Source: Mobula hypostoma | Lineage: Eukaryota | Assembly: GCF_963921235.1 (NCBI RefSeq) | Contig: NC_086097.1 | Span: 53,632,001-53,696,000, forward strand | Length of the DNA: 64,000 nucleotides | Direction: 5' to 3' | In this document: positions 1 through 11,758 of the stretch, in pieces | How positions within the stretch are numbered: the first letter of the stretch is position 1 | Layout: the number at the start of each line of letters is the position of its first letter | Program-made: the position numbers and the translations under genes | Notes under the pieces: generated by a model | Databases searched by the model: none | Told to the model about the DNA's origin: nothing | The model's input: the letters and a program-made list of their open reading frames with translations, nothing else

Positions 1-532
1 ATATCCTGAGATAGCCACGAAAGCACTGAAAACATTGCTTCCATTTCCAATATCATATCTCTGCGAAGCGGTGTTTTCTGCAATGAATGCAATGAAAACT
101 AAATTGCGGAACAGACTGGACATCAGGAACCCCCTTCAAGTATCGCTGTCTCCCATCACCCCTCGATAGGACTGTCTTGTTGCAGGGAAACAAGCCCAGG
201 GCTCCCAGTGATATTGGTGTGTTGCAATGATTTTATATGTTCATACGAGGAAAATATGCGCTGTGTGTTTAATATCCAAACGTTACTTAAAATGTTGACT
301 TATCACTATATTCATGCGAGGAAAATATGCACTGTGTTTAATATTAAATTCATTAGATAAACCCTTTTAGAAATGAAATTGAGTGTATTAGCCACTTATA
401 ACTGACTTATAGTTGACTTATCACCTATATTCCGGACGTGATTAACACACCCCCCACCCCGGGTCGGCCAGTCCGCAAGAATATTGTCAATATTAAACCA
501 GTCCGTGGTGCCAAAAAGTTTGGGGACGCCTG
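1..532 (+). mobile_element. hAT (Charlie/Buster-type) DNA transposon, 3' end with decayed transposase C-terminus
   Basis: The frame from nt 2 reads YPEIATKALKTLLPFPISYLCEAVFSAMNAMKTKLRNRLDIRNPLQVSLSPITPR*DCLVAGKQAQGSQ*, a hATC dimerisation-domain pattern with one internal stop. The element ends in a Charlie-type TIR, GTTTGGGGACGCCTG (518-532). Subterminal repeats (GAGGAAAATATGC) occur at about 247 and 318. Confidence 0.88.
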
Positions 533-1038
533 CTAAGTAGACCTATCAGTTTTCTCTGTGGGTGGGCTTTACAGTCGATCTCAAGAATAATGACAGTGTT
601 GCCCGCTGCTCTGTTTGCTACAGTGACTTTTCTATTGCCCATGGTGGGTTAAAACGTAAAAGACATGTTGAGATGAGTTTAACAGGTGTCATTCGTTCAT
701 TAGCATAGCTAACGTTATTTAAACTAGCTGGCTGGCTGGCTGCTAAGGAGCTACTCTATTGATGTCCTACGTGATGAGGCCAAACTCCCTGTAGACTTGC
801 TTAAAGTTGTAATAGAATGAACATGATAATATAATACAAGTACATATTTTAATGTCACATTTTCTGCATATACCCAACTTGGTTTACAGATTAGACAAAA
901 TCACTAAACAAAGCATTACATACACCCTTGGACGTTGACCGGGGGTGGGGGTGGGGGGGGGGAGATATGGGGATATGGGGTTGCAGGGGGAGGGGGTGCT
1001 ACCTCCCTGAAATGAGTTTTTGCAGGGTGGGATGTCTG
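533..1038 (+). mobile_element. Non-autonomous hAT-like element, right part, with BED zinc-finger remnant
   Basis: 583-672 reads KNNDSVARCSVCYSDFSIAHGGLKRKRHVE, a BED-finger-like C-x2-C...H pattern. The terminus AGGGTGGGATGTCTG has the reverse complement CAGACATCCCACCCT, a CAG-starting hAT-style TIR. Confidence 0.6.
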
Positions 1039-1192
1039 CATATTATACACCTCTATCAGGTCACCTCTCATCCTCCGTCGCTCCAAGGAGAAAAGGCCGA
1101 GTTCACTCAACATGTTCTCATAAGGCATGCTCCCCAATCCAGGCAACATCTCTGTAAATCTCCTCTGCACCCTTTCTATCGTTTCTACATCC
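1039..1192 (-). mobile_element. CR1 LINE ORF2 C-terminal fragment
   Basis: Reads ERVQRRFTEMLPGL...LGLFSLERRRMRGDLIEVY, the hallmark CR1 C-terminus. Confidence 0.85.
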
Positions 1193-1413
1193 TCAGCATC
1201 AGTGGATTCCATGAAGCCTTGTGCTCCCAATTACAGCAATGGAATGAAATTTATTTTTCTAGATGGCATTAATGCCTATCACAAATATTTACTTCTAGGC
1301 ACCATAATGGACTCACCTGAGTCCCAGATTAGGCGAACGGCAAATGATGAGAGAATCAAAATGGGGAAACATTATTGACCTCATCCTCACCAAGCAGTTG
1401 GGTGCTAATGCAT

Positions 1414-1621
1414 GCAACATACATCAAAGTTGCTGGTGAACGCAGCAGGCCAAGCAGCATCTATAGGAAGAGGCGCAGTCGACGTTTCAGGCTGAGTCCT
1501 GACGAAGGGTCTCGGCCTGAAACGTCGACTGCACCTCTTCCTATAGATGCTGCTTCGCCTGCTGCGTTCACCAGCAACTTTGATGTATGTTGCTTGAATT
1601 TCCAGCATCTGCAGAATTCCT
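1414..1621 (+). mobile_element. Penelope-derived fold-back mini-element (inverted pLTR fragments)
   Basis: Inverted arms at 1414-1496 and 1511-1593, plus a tail of about 28 nt. Perfect 17-bp TSD GTTGGGTGCTAATGCAT at 1397-1413 and 1622-1638. Confidence 0.85.
1495..1530 (+). ncRNA. Minimal type I hammerhead ribozyme motif (Penelope pLTR type)
   Basis: AGTC|CTGACGA|AGGGTCTCGGCCT|GAAAC|GTC|GACT. Stem I is AGTC/GACT, the core has CUGANGA and GAAA, the cleavage triplet is GUC, and stem III is reduced to a palindromic ACGT. Confidence 0.7.
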
Positions 1622-2182
1622 GTTGGGTGCTAATGCATCTTTTTTTTATATATAAAAGAAATACCATGGCTCTTGAAGGGACAAAAATCTCTTTTTCACA
1701 TCGAGGATACCCTTGTGATAGAGGGCATCAAGACAATGGTGAATGAGTTGAACCCAGCAGTTCAAAAATACCCACAATACACTGTGAGTTGACATCAACA
1801 AACAACTTAGGACCATTACACTACCTAGCTCCTCAAGCTTGTTCTGCCATTTAGAACATACAACAGTACAGCGCAGTACAGGCTCTTTGGCTCACAATGT
1901 TGTGCCCATCTCTGAGCTATTCTGAGATCAATCTAACCCTTCCCTTCCTTCCCCTGTAGCCCTCCAGTTTTCTTTCATCCATGTGCCTAAGAGTTTATTA
2001 AATGTCCCTATGTATCTGCCTCTACCATCTCTCTGACAGCGTGTTCCATGCACCTACCACTTTCCGAGTAAACAAAAACCTACTTCTGACATCCTCCCAA
2101 CTCCTTGATGTTATTCCCCATATATTTGCCACTTACATCCTGGGGAAAAGTCTCTGGCTGTCCATTTGTTCTATGCCTCTAC

Positions 2183-2454
2183 TTTTTATTTATTAAGATA
2201 CAGCGTGGAACAGGCCCTTCAAGCCATTGCCCCCAGCAACCCCCGATTAAACCCTAGCCTAATCATGGGACAATTTACAATGACCAATTAACTTACCAAC
2301 TGGTATATCTTTGGACTGCGGGAGGAAACTGGAGCACCTGGAGGAAACCCATGTGGTCACAGGGAGAACGTAAAAGCTCTTTACGGGCAGAAGCAGGAAT
2401 TGAATGTGGGTCACCTGTACTGTAAAGTATTGTGCTAACCACTACTGTGCCGCC
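2183..2454 (-). mobile_element. tRNA-derived V-SINE
   Basis: The reverse strand has a tRNA-like head (GGCGGCACAGTAGTGGTTAGCAC...), the V-domain GGGTTTCCTCCAGGTGCTCCAGTTTCCTCCCGCAGTCCAAAGA and an AATAAA-rich tail. Confidence 0.8.
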
Positions 2455-3176
2455 TTTTATCATCTTGTGCACCTCTGTCAAGTCACATCTCGTTGTCCTT
2501 CTCTCCAAAGACAAAAGCACTAACTCCTCTCAATCTATCCTCATAAGACCTGCTTTTCAATCCAGACATCATCTGGTAAATTTCCTCTGCACCATCTCTA
2601 AATTTGAACATCCTTCCTATAATGAGGTGACCAGACCCCAAGTGTGATCTATCCCGAGTTCTATAGAGCTGCAACATTACCTCATGGTTCCTGAACTCAA
2701 TTCGACTAATGAAGGACAACACATCATACATGTTCTTAACTACCACCTTGCATTGCAAATTTGAGGAATCTATGGATGTGAACCTCAAGATCCCTCTGTT
2801 CCTCCACGCTGTTAAGAATCCTGCTATTAACCCTGTATTCTGCCTTCAAGTTCAACTTTACAAAGTGTGTTACTTTAAACTTTTCCAGACTGAACACCTA
2901 TCTGCCATTCCTCAGCCCAGCTCTGCATCTATGTACCATTGTAGCCATGACAATCTTCTACACTATCCACAATACTGCCAACCTTTTTATCATCTGCAAA
3001 CTTACTAACCCACTCTTCCACTTCTTCATCCAAGTCATTCATTAAAAATTACAAAAAGCAGGGATTGCAGAACAGATCCCTGAGGACCACTGCTGGTCAC
3101 CGACCACCAGGCAGAATACACTCCATCTACTACCACACATTGCCTTCTATAGACAAGCCAATTCTGAATCCATACA

Positions 3177-3681
3177 TTCCCAGTCAGATATGTCCATACA
3201 CGGCCTCCTGTACTGCCATGATGAGGCTAAACTCAGGTTGGAGCAGCAACACCTCATATACCGTCTAGGTAGTCTCCAGCCCCTTGGTATGAACATTCCG
3301 GTACTTCCAACTTCCGGTAATTCACTCCCCCTCCCTTCCCCTATCCCAGTTTCACTCTGCCCCCTCCCCCAGCTGCCTATCACCTCCCTCATGGCTCCAC
3401 CTCCTTCTACTACCCATTGTGTTTTCCCCTATTCTTTCTTCACCTTTCCTGCCTATCATCTCCCTGCTTCCCCTCCCCCACTCCTTTATCTTTCCCCTTA
3501 CTGGTTTTTCACCTGGAACTGACCAGCCTTCTCCTTCCCACCCTCCCCCCACCTCTTTATAGGGCCTCTTCCCCTTTCCCCCTACAGTCCTGACAAAGGG
3601 TTCCGGCCTGAAACGTTGACTGATCGTTTCCATGGATGCTGCCCGACCTGCTGAGTTCCTCCAGCGTGTTGTGAGTGTTGC
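3177..3681 (+). mobile_element. Penelope-like element 3' fragment (end of GIY-YIG-bearing ORF plus pLTR)
   Basis: Reads SIHGLLYCHDEAKLRLEQQHLIYRLGSLQPLGMNI. The pLTR has a mutated hammerhead at 3585-3622 (CTGACAA, GTT). The 14-bp TSD is TCTGAATCCATACA / TCTGAATCTACACA (3163-3176, 3682-3695). Confidence 0.85.
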
Positions 3682-4256
3682 TCTGAATCTACACAGCCAA
3701 GTTTCATTGGATCCCACACCTCCTGACTTTCTAAATGAACCGATCATGGGGAACCTTGTTAAATGCCTTACTAAAATGCGTGTACACCACATCCACTGCT
3801 CTGCCTTCATCAATATGTTTTGTCACTTCCTCTAAGAATTCATTGGGGCTCGTGAGGCACAACAGAATGATGTTGACTATCCCTAAATAGACTATGCTTC
3901 TCTCAATGCTCATAAATCTTATCTTTAAGAGTACTCTGCAATAGTTTGCCCATCACTGATGCAAGGTTCACTGGTCTTTAATTCCCAGGATTACCCCATT
4001 ACCTTTCTTGGACAAAGGAATAACATTTCCCACCCTCCGATCCTCTGGTACTATTCTTATGGCCAGTGAGGGCACAGAGATCATTGTTAAAGGCATAGCA
4101 ATCTCTTCCATCACTTCCTGTAGTAACCTGGGAGTAGATCTTGTCTGCCTCAGGGCTCATCTATCCTAATGGTTTTCAAAAGTTCAAGCACACACTTTTT
4201 TTTAACATTGACATTGTTCATTGTCACCATGTCAATATTGGGTAGAGTATACACAC

Positions 4257-6065
4257 ACACAAAATGCTGGAGGAACTCTGCAGGCCAGGCAACATCTGTG
4301 GAAAAAAGTACAGTCGATGTTTCAGGTTGAAACCCTTTGGCAGGACTGGAGAAAAAAAGCTGAGGAGTAGATTTGAAAGGTGGAGGAAGGGGAGAGAGAA
4401 ACGCCAGGTGATAGGTGAACCTGGGAGGGAGAGGGATGTAACCAAGAGCGAGGAAGTTGATCGGTGAAAAAGACAGAAGGCCATGGAAGAAAGAGAAAAC
4501 GTGGAGGGGGGTCAGGGGGAAGGAGCACCAGAGGGAGGTGATGGGCAAGGAGATAACATGAGAGAGGGACAAGGGGATGGGAAATGCTGAAGGTGGGGGA
4601 AAGCATTACTAGAAGTTTGAGAAATCGATGTTCATACCATCAGGTTGGAGGCTACCCAAATGGAATATAGGGTGTTGTTCCTCCAACCTAAGTGTGGCCT
4701 TATCCCAACAGTGGAGGAGGCCATGGATGGACATATCTCAATAAGAATGGGAAGTGGAATCAAAATGGGTGGCCACTGGGAAACCCCTTTGTTCTGGTGG
4801 GTGGAGCAAGATGCTCAGCAAAGCGGTCTCCCAATCTATGTCGGGCCTCACCGATACAGGAGGCTACACCTGGAGCACTGGACGCAGTATATGACGTCAA
4901 CAGACTCGCAGGTGTTGCCTCACCTGGAAGGACTGTTTAGGGCCCTGAATGGTAGTGAGGGAGGAGGTGTAGCACTTGTTTTGCTTCCAAGGATAAATGC
5001 CAGGAGCGAGGTCAGTGGGGAGGGACGAATGGACAAGGGAGTCACGTAGGGAGCGATCCCTGCAGGAAGCAGTAAGTGTGGGAGAGGGAGAGATGTGTTC
5101 GATGGTGGGGTTCAGTTGGAGGTGGCAGAGGTTTCAGAGTATTATGTGCTGGATGAGGAGGCTGGTGAGGTGGTAGGTGAGGACAAGGGAAACCCTATCG
5201 CTGGTAGCGTGGCAGGAGGATGGGGTAAGAGCAGACGTGCCTCAAACCTGATGGTATGAACGTCAATTTCTCCAACTTCCGGTAATGCCTCTCCCCAGCT
5301 CACCATTTCCCATTCCCTTGTCCCTCTCTCATGTCATCTCCTTTTCCCCCACCCCGCCCCTCTCTGATGTTATCTCCTTGTCCCCCACCCCAGCACCTTG
5401 TCCCTCTCGCATGTTATCTCCTTTCCCCCCACCCCATCCCTCTCTAATGTCATCTCCTTGCCCCCCCACCCCTCTCTCATGTTATCTCCTTTCCCCCCAC
5501 CTTGTCCCTCTCTCATGTCATCTCCTTGCCCCCACCCCCACCTTGTCCCTCTCTCATGTCATCTCCTTGCCCCCACCCCCCACCTTGTCCCTCTCTCATG
5601 TCATCTCCTTGCCCCCACCCCCCATCTTGTCCCTCTCTCGTCATCTCCTTGCCCCCCACCTTGTCCCTCTCTCATGTTATCGCCTTCCCCCCACCCCATC
5701 CCTCTCTCATGTCATCTCCTTGCCCCCACCCCCCCATCTTGTCCCTCTCTCATGTTATCTCCTTTCCCCCCACCTCACCACCTTTTCATTCTTCCCTGCC
5801 CTTCTGTCTCTTTCACCAATCAACTTCCTAGCTCTTTGCTTCATCCCTCCCCCTCCCAGGTTCACCTATCACCAGGCGTTTCTCCCTCCCCTCCCACCAC
5901 CTTTCAAATCTAGTCCTCAGCTTTTTTACTCCAGTCCTGCCGAAGGGTCTCGGTCCAAAATGTCGACTGTACTTTTTTTCCATAGATGCTGGCTGGCTGC
6001 TGAGGTCCTCCAGCATTTTGAAGGTGTTGTTTGGATTTCCAGCATCTGCAGACTTTCTCTTGTTT
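4257..6065. mobile_element. Inverted pair of Penelope 3' fragments (minus copy about 4257-5243, plus copy about 5244-6065)
   Basis: Both halves carry the same pLTR and ORF end in opposite orientation. The 14-bp TSD TAGAGTATA(C/T)ACAC lies at 4243-4256 and 6066-6079. Degenerate hammerheads at about 4311-4349 (-) and 5932-5969 (+). Confidence 0.82.
5315..5775 (+). repeat. Pyrimidine-rich minisatellite (unit about 35-42 bp) inside the Penelope pLTR
   Basis: About 11 imperfect copies of CCCCACCTTGTCCCTCTCTCATGTCATCTCCTTGCCC. The inverted partner has a single copy (about 4545-4575). Confidence 0.9.
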
Positions 6066-7536
6066 TAGAGTATATACACCTTTACTGTATTGTTTCCAAA
6101 AGAAATTTATGATCCCGAATAATTGCTGGTTTTGCCAGCAATATCCCGACATCTGAATGGTTACAAAAATGCAAGGCTCATTGGCTTCTTTACATACGGC
6201 AGGAAATAGAGGGGAAAAAGCATTGGTTGGTATAGTGATTATGAGATCCTTCCTGTAACCTGACTTACATCTTGCTCTAATAAAAAACACTATTATAATA
6301 CCAAGAAATTTTGAAGGCATTTGTGTTCTCTTCAGGATATGGTACAATAATAATTCTTGGTTTATAGAAAAGACAATTTTGGAGAAAACAATCCAAGTGA
6401 TTTTTAAATGCCATTCATTTTGAAACTGTTGGGTTAAAACCACAAAGGTTATTTATATTTTTATTTATATTTAATAAAGTCGAGTTCATTTGACAGAAAA
6501 TTATAGCACTGCATAAACTAATGAATGCAATCATTGTATGTATATACAATCTACTTATATGTGCATATGCATTATTTATATATACACTGCATCTATCTAT
6601 ATATACACACATACGCATGCATAGGTAAATCCCAAGTTCAATTTGCATAATTAAATTGTTTTTTGATTTAATAATGCAAATAGTTTGCTTCAGTTTGAAG
6701 GATGAATTTTGTTTGAAGGGTTTTGTTATATCTTTCCATGTATTTTCCGTCCCTTTCGCTGCTGTCTGTTCTCTTGTGACAGGATTTTCCCACCTTTGAC
6801 CCATATTCTGGAAGTTGGGTCATGTAATGCCCAGTTTTAATTTCCTGTGTCAGAAGATTACTAGCAAAAGCAAGTCTTACATGATTTTATTTTTACTTCT
6901 GGAAATGCTTTAACAGGCACCATACAAACAACGCGGGCCCCTCTAGACACCCTGCCCTGCTCAGTTCATGATCTTTTTCACATTATATACGCTCTGCATC
7001 CTATTGTGTAATCTTCTAGGAGAGGTGAAAAAAATACTTTAAAAAACACGCCACTTGGGAGAAGAAAATCTGGGGAAATCCTTTCCTTTCTGTTTTGGTG
7101 ATTGAAGGCAGTCTGGGAGAAATCACACTTGATCTTGAATTCCCTGTTGTGTATAACATTTGTAAGATATTCTAATAGAGACAACCAGAAGTAGGTCCAA
7201 CTTCCATTAGAATTAATTTATTAAATTGGTGTTCATTGCATATGGCTCGATCCACAGGACCATTGTTCCGCACTTACATCTAATTTGGATCTAACCTTGT
7301 CCAGCTTAAAACTGATCAACTGGTTCTTTCTAGTCTTCCTAAATAGTCGACTAGAATGTAGTCTACTTCCTTCTTTATCTTACCAACCTCAAACTAATCA
7401 TATCTACATTTGCATTCAGAATCTTAATCCTTTTACTACCGTCTTGCTACTCAGAAATCTACATGCAGTAAGTATGGGAAAAATGGGTGAATTTAGACCT
7501 GTAATTTTCAAAGCTTTCCACCACTTGAACCAAAGT

Positions 7537-8656
7537 TGACTTTAGGGGGTGATGTATTAACATGGACAGTGGATTGGTTAACTAAGAGAAAGCAGGGAGT
7601 TGGGATACATGGGAGTTACTCTGGTTGGCAATCAGTGGTGAGTGGTGTGTCGCAGGGGTCAGTGCTGGGCCTGCATCTGTTCACGGTATACATTAACAAT
7701 CTGGAAGAGGCAACTGAGTGTAGTGTATCTAAGTTTGCCGATGATACTAAATTGAGTGAAAAACCAAATTGTGCACAAGATATGGAGAGTCTGCAGAGAG
7801 ATACAGATAGGTTAAGTGAGTGGGCAAAGGTCTGGCAGATGGAGTGCAATGTTGGTAAATGCAAGGTCATCCACTTTTGGAAAGAAAAATGAAAGCAGAT
7901 TATTATTTAAATGGTAAAAAATTGCAGCTTCTGCTGTGCAGAAGGACTTGGGAGTGCTTGTGTATGAATCACAAAATGTTGGTTTGCAGGTGCAGCAGGC
8001 AATCAAGAAATCAAATGGGATGTTGGCCTTAATTATTACAGGGACTGAATTTAAGAGCAGGGAGGTTATGCTGTAACTGTACAGGGTACTGGTGAGGACA
8101 CACATGGAGTACTGCATGCAGTTTTGGTCTTCTTACTTGAAGGAGGATATACTGGCTTTGGAGCAGAGTGCAGAGGACGTTCACCAGGTTGATTCCAGAG
8201 ATGAGGGGGTTAGACATTGAGGTGAGACTGAGTTGCCTGGGGCTGTACTTGCTGGAATTCAGAAGAATGAGTGGAGATCTTATAGAAACATATAAAATTA
8301 TGAAAGGGGATAGATAAGATAGAAACAGGAAAGTTTTTTCCACTGATAGGTGAGACTAGAACTAGGAGACATAGCCTCAAGATTCAGGGGAGTAGATTTA
8401 GGACTGAGATGAGGAGGAGCTGCTTTTCCCAGAGAGTGGTGAATTGTAGAATTCTCTGTTCAATGAAGCAGCGGAGGCTACCTCAGTAAATATATTTAAG
8501 ACAAGGTTGGATTGATTTTTGCATAGTAGGGGAATTACAGGTTATGGGGAAAAGGCAGGTCGATGGAGTCCATGGCCAGATCAGCCATAATTTTATTGAA
8601 TGATGGAGCAGGCTCAACGGGCCGGATGGCCTACTCCTGCTCCCATTTCTTATGTT
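7537..8656 (+). mobile_element. CR1 LINE, 5'-truncated (RT plus 3' UTR)
   Basis: Reads SGVSQGSVLGLHLFTVYINNL...SKFADDTKL...WQMECNVGKCKVIHF. The 3' end is GGCCTACTCCTGCTCCCATTTCTTATG. Confidence 0.92.
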
Positions 8657-10937
8657 TAAGAGCCTGAAGGCTGTTATATAATTATACTACAACTTGATTC
8701 GTCTGTCTTGTGACTACCAAATACCTCCAGATTATGAAAAAGATGGGTCTTTGTTCTTACATATATATCCAGTAACTTGTATACTTCTGTACAATTACTC
8801 GTGGATTTCTGTAATGAAGCATTAACAGACCAGGCAAATCAGACATTTTTTCATTATGATGCTTATTTCACAATGACAAATAATGCATGCGCATAACTGT
8901 TTTTGTTTTATTTTTCTGCTATGAGAAGGGTCTGTCACTGGTGCGTCCAGCATTTACTGCCCGTCTCCAAATGACCCTTGCACTGAATGAGTTGTTAAAC
9001 AGCTGGGAGTGAAACACACTGCTGGGTCTAGTCATTTAAGGGTCAGAATGGGTAAAAATGTCAGATTTCTTTCAGTGAAGGACATAAATGAACCGTATAG
9101 GAGTCTAGAACAATATGTTATAAGAACAATACTTTCTTATTTTTAAATTTGGCAATTGCCTGGGTGGGATTCAAACATCTGCCTCTGGAGACAAAGACCA
9201 AGTTAATTTGTCAAGTGCTCAATGCAACCATGAACCTAAACTCAATTACCCCTGGGTATTCTTGCAAGACTTATCAAAGCCATGACACTGTAAACAGCAA
9301 AAATGACCAACGTGAAGCCATTTAAAATAAGATACTACAAACTTATTTGAAATATTTCAAACCCTTATAATGGCATTTTATTAAGATAGAGAAGAAAATC
9401 TCCTCATTAATATAATGCAGACTTTTTTTTCCTGTTTTTTAATCCTGTACTTAGGATGTGGGAAACACGAGTGTGGTAACAGTGTATGTTCATCCTTTGT
9501 TGCCCTGGGAGTTGTAAGAGTCAATGGTATAGTGATGGATGGATCTGTGGCAGATTCATTTCTCTGATGAATAGCAGTGAACCAAATTGCCCTAATAAGA
9601 ACAGGGCAGTCTTCGTGGTCATTTTTGCTGCTTTGCAAGTTAAAGGGTAAATTAGCAGCTGATCACTAGTATAGACTCAATGGGCAGAAGGGCCTGCTTT
9701 GGTGCTGTATAAATCTATAACTGACCATGACTTACATTTACAAACTCTAGTATGCACTGGATGACCAGAGTGTGTGCAAGAAACTGTGAACCTAACATTT
9801 ATAAAAGAGCTTGTAATTTAGCACAATGAAGACTATATGTTGGATGAGCAATTACTAACACACAAATATTTCAGAAGTGAGTCATAAAAGTATGAAAAAT
9901 GTATAATTAGAAGCCTGGAACAATGATAATCTGGAGAATATCGGTAGAGGCACAAGACTAGGAACAAAGATTGATCAGTCACTCGTCTCTCTTGTTTGAG
10001 GAACCTTGCTGCTGCACTTGCTTACATGGCAGATTGACATTTTATAATTAATTGATTGGTCATGAGGCACTGAAGAAACTTTTTATTAAAGGATGTAATA
10101 AAGGTACTTGTCCAAACTAAGTATTATTGGTTATTTGATCCAGCAGGACTTTTCTGATTAATGTTTCTAATATGAACTTGGATTGAAGGTTTACTTTAGT
10201 TGATCCTGGGATGACTTTGAAGATTCTCAATGGATCAGCTTCCTGTCGGCTTAACAAAGCCAGGCAGTTTTGCCCTTTTAGAGTCCAAAAACTGACTCAA
10301 ATAGACTTTGTTCATATAGGATTCCCTTTTGGGAGCAGTAGCTGATTTAATTAGCAGACCTATAGCCAGATCCCCAGCAAGGGAGAGTCAAAGGTCAAAC
10401 CAATAACTCTGAGTTCTGAAAAGTACTAAAGATCAGAGATTCATGTGTTCATGGCCTAATGGCAAGAAAACTGGCAAGACCTCAAAGAGAGGCCTGACTA
10501 GGCCCTAAGCTTTCAATTTAGTGACCAAAATCAGGTTTAAATTAACGAGGACAACGTGGTGAAGCTCTGCTATGTTTTCTTATTTATGGGGGGAGGGGAG
10601 CGGAATTGAAGTCAATGTGAATTGCTACTAAATCCACCATTTAGAAGACTAAATCTATGTGCATTACAATATTTCAATATTTCATCCATTGATATTAGAC
10701 ATACTGATGCCGCCTGGTAAACAGTTTACTTTTGTACGATGCTACCTGTTTGGAATAGATCCTTTGCTTTGCATCTCCATCTCCACTTACCTGCGCATGT
10801 ACAGGCGTATATACACACACACACAAATTAAACACAGAAGAAACACTCACACATGTACACAGGCCATCAGCAACACATACATGCTTCATAATCCTAGGAA
10901 ATAACAAGCCACTGTGAAACATGCTATGAAAATGATG

Positions 10938-11610
10938 AACAAGAGAAAGTCTGCCGACGCTGGAAATCCAAGCAACATGCACAAAATGCTGGAGGAACTC
11001 AGCAGACCAGGCAGCATCTATGGAAAAGAGTACAGATGACATTTCAGGCCCAGACCCTTCATCAGGAATGGAGAAAAAAAGATGAGGAGTAGATTTAAAA
11101 GGTTGTGGGGGGGTGCACAGATGTGTGAAGCAGAGCTTGGAAGTTGAGTGGTGAAAGAGATACAGGGCTGGAGAAGGGAGAATTTAATAGGATGGAACAG
11201 AATGCCATGGAAGAAAGATAAGGAGCAGGAACACAGGGGGAGGCAATGGGCGGGCAAGGAGATAAAGTGGAGAGGGAACAGGGGATGGGGAATGGTGAAG
11301 GGGGGGGCACCCATTTTAATTCCACTTCCCATTCCAATACACCTATGCTCCATCCGCCAGAAGAGGAATCTCCCAGTGGCCACCCATTTTAATTCCATTT
11401 CCCATTCCGATATGGGAATCCATGGCCTCCTCTGCTGTCGAAATGAGGCCTCACTCAGGTTGGAGGAACAACACCTTGTATTCCGTCTGGGTAGCCCCCC
11501 ACCTGGTAGCGTGAACATTGATTTTTCAACTTCCAGTAATGCCCACCACCCTTCTCCTTCACCACTCCCCATCCCTTTTCCCCTCTCTCCTTATCTCCTT
11601 GCCCACCCAT
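10938..11610. mobile_element. Rearranged Penelope 3' fragments (minus pLTR 10938-11308; plus ORF end about 11309-11610)
   Basis: Reads LPVATHFNSISHSDMGIHGLLCCRNEASLRLEEQHLVFRLGS. The pLTR has a decayed hammerhead at about 11033-11070 (-). Confidence 0.8.
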
Positions 11611-11758
11611 CGCTTCATACATTCCCTCCTTAACTAAATGTTATTTTCTTCAAGAGCACCATACCGTGCAATGTTATTGACAGTGAGGTTCCTTGATGCT
11701 TGAGTTGGGATATTGGGTACTAACCCTATTTGCCTCTGCGCATAGTATATTTTATACT

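Larger units (their letters stand above)
1850..4245 (-). mobile_element. CR1 LINE, 3' portion of ORF2 plus 3' UTR, decayed, carrying nested insertions
   Basis: Reads EEVTKHIDEGRAVDVVYTHFSKAFNKVPHDR and LERRTTRCDLTEVHKMIKG. The CR1 3' UTR lies at about 1850-1990. Interrupted by a SINE and a Penelope fragment. Confidence 0.85.

Noticed and set aside
2..211. Domesticated ZBED/SCAND3/FAM200-type gene
   Set aside because: It has an internal stop and an adjacent TIR, indicating a transposon copy.
1375..1746. Near-identical peptides on both strands (…PETSTAPLPIDAA…), also at 32732-33399
   Set aside because: A consequence of the DNA palindromes, not genes.
5315..5775. CRISPR-like regular repeats
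   Set aside because: There are no unique spacers and no cas genes, and the context is eukaryotic.
5285..6112. 275-aa and overlapping Pro/Ser-rich ORFs
   Set aside because: Translation of a C/T-rich minisatellite in a Penelope pLTR; several frames are open simply because the unit lacks stop codons.
5910..7184. Minus-strand ORFs of 177, 129 and 68 aa
   Set aside because: AT-rich low-complexity sequence with no recognisable domain or convincing splice structure; one ORF runs into a Penelope repeat.
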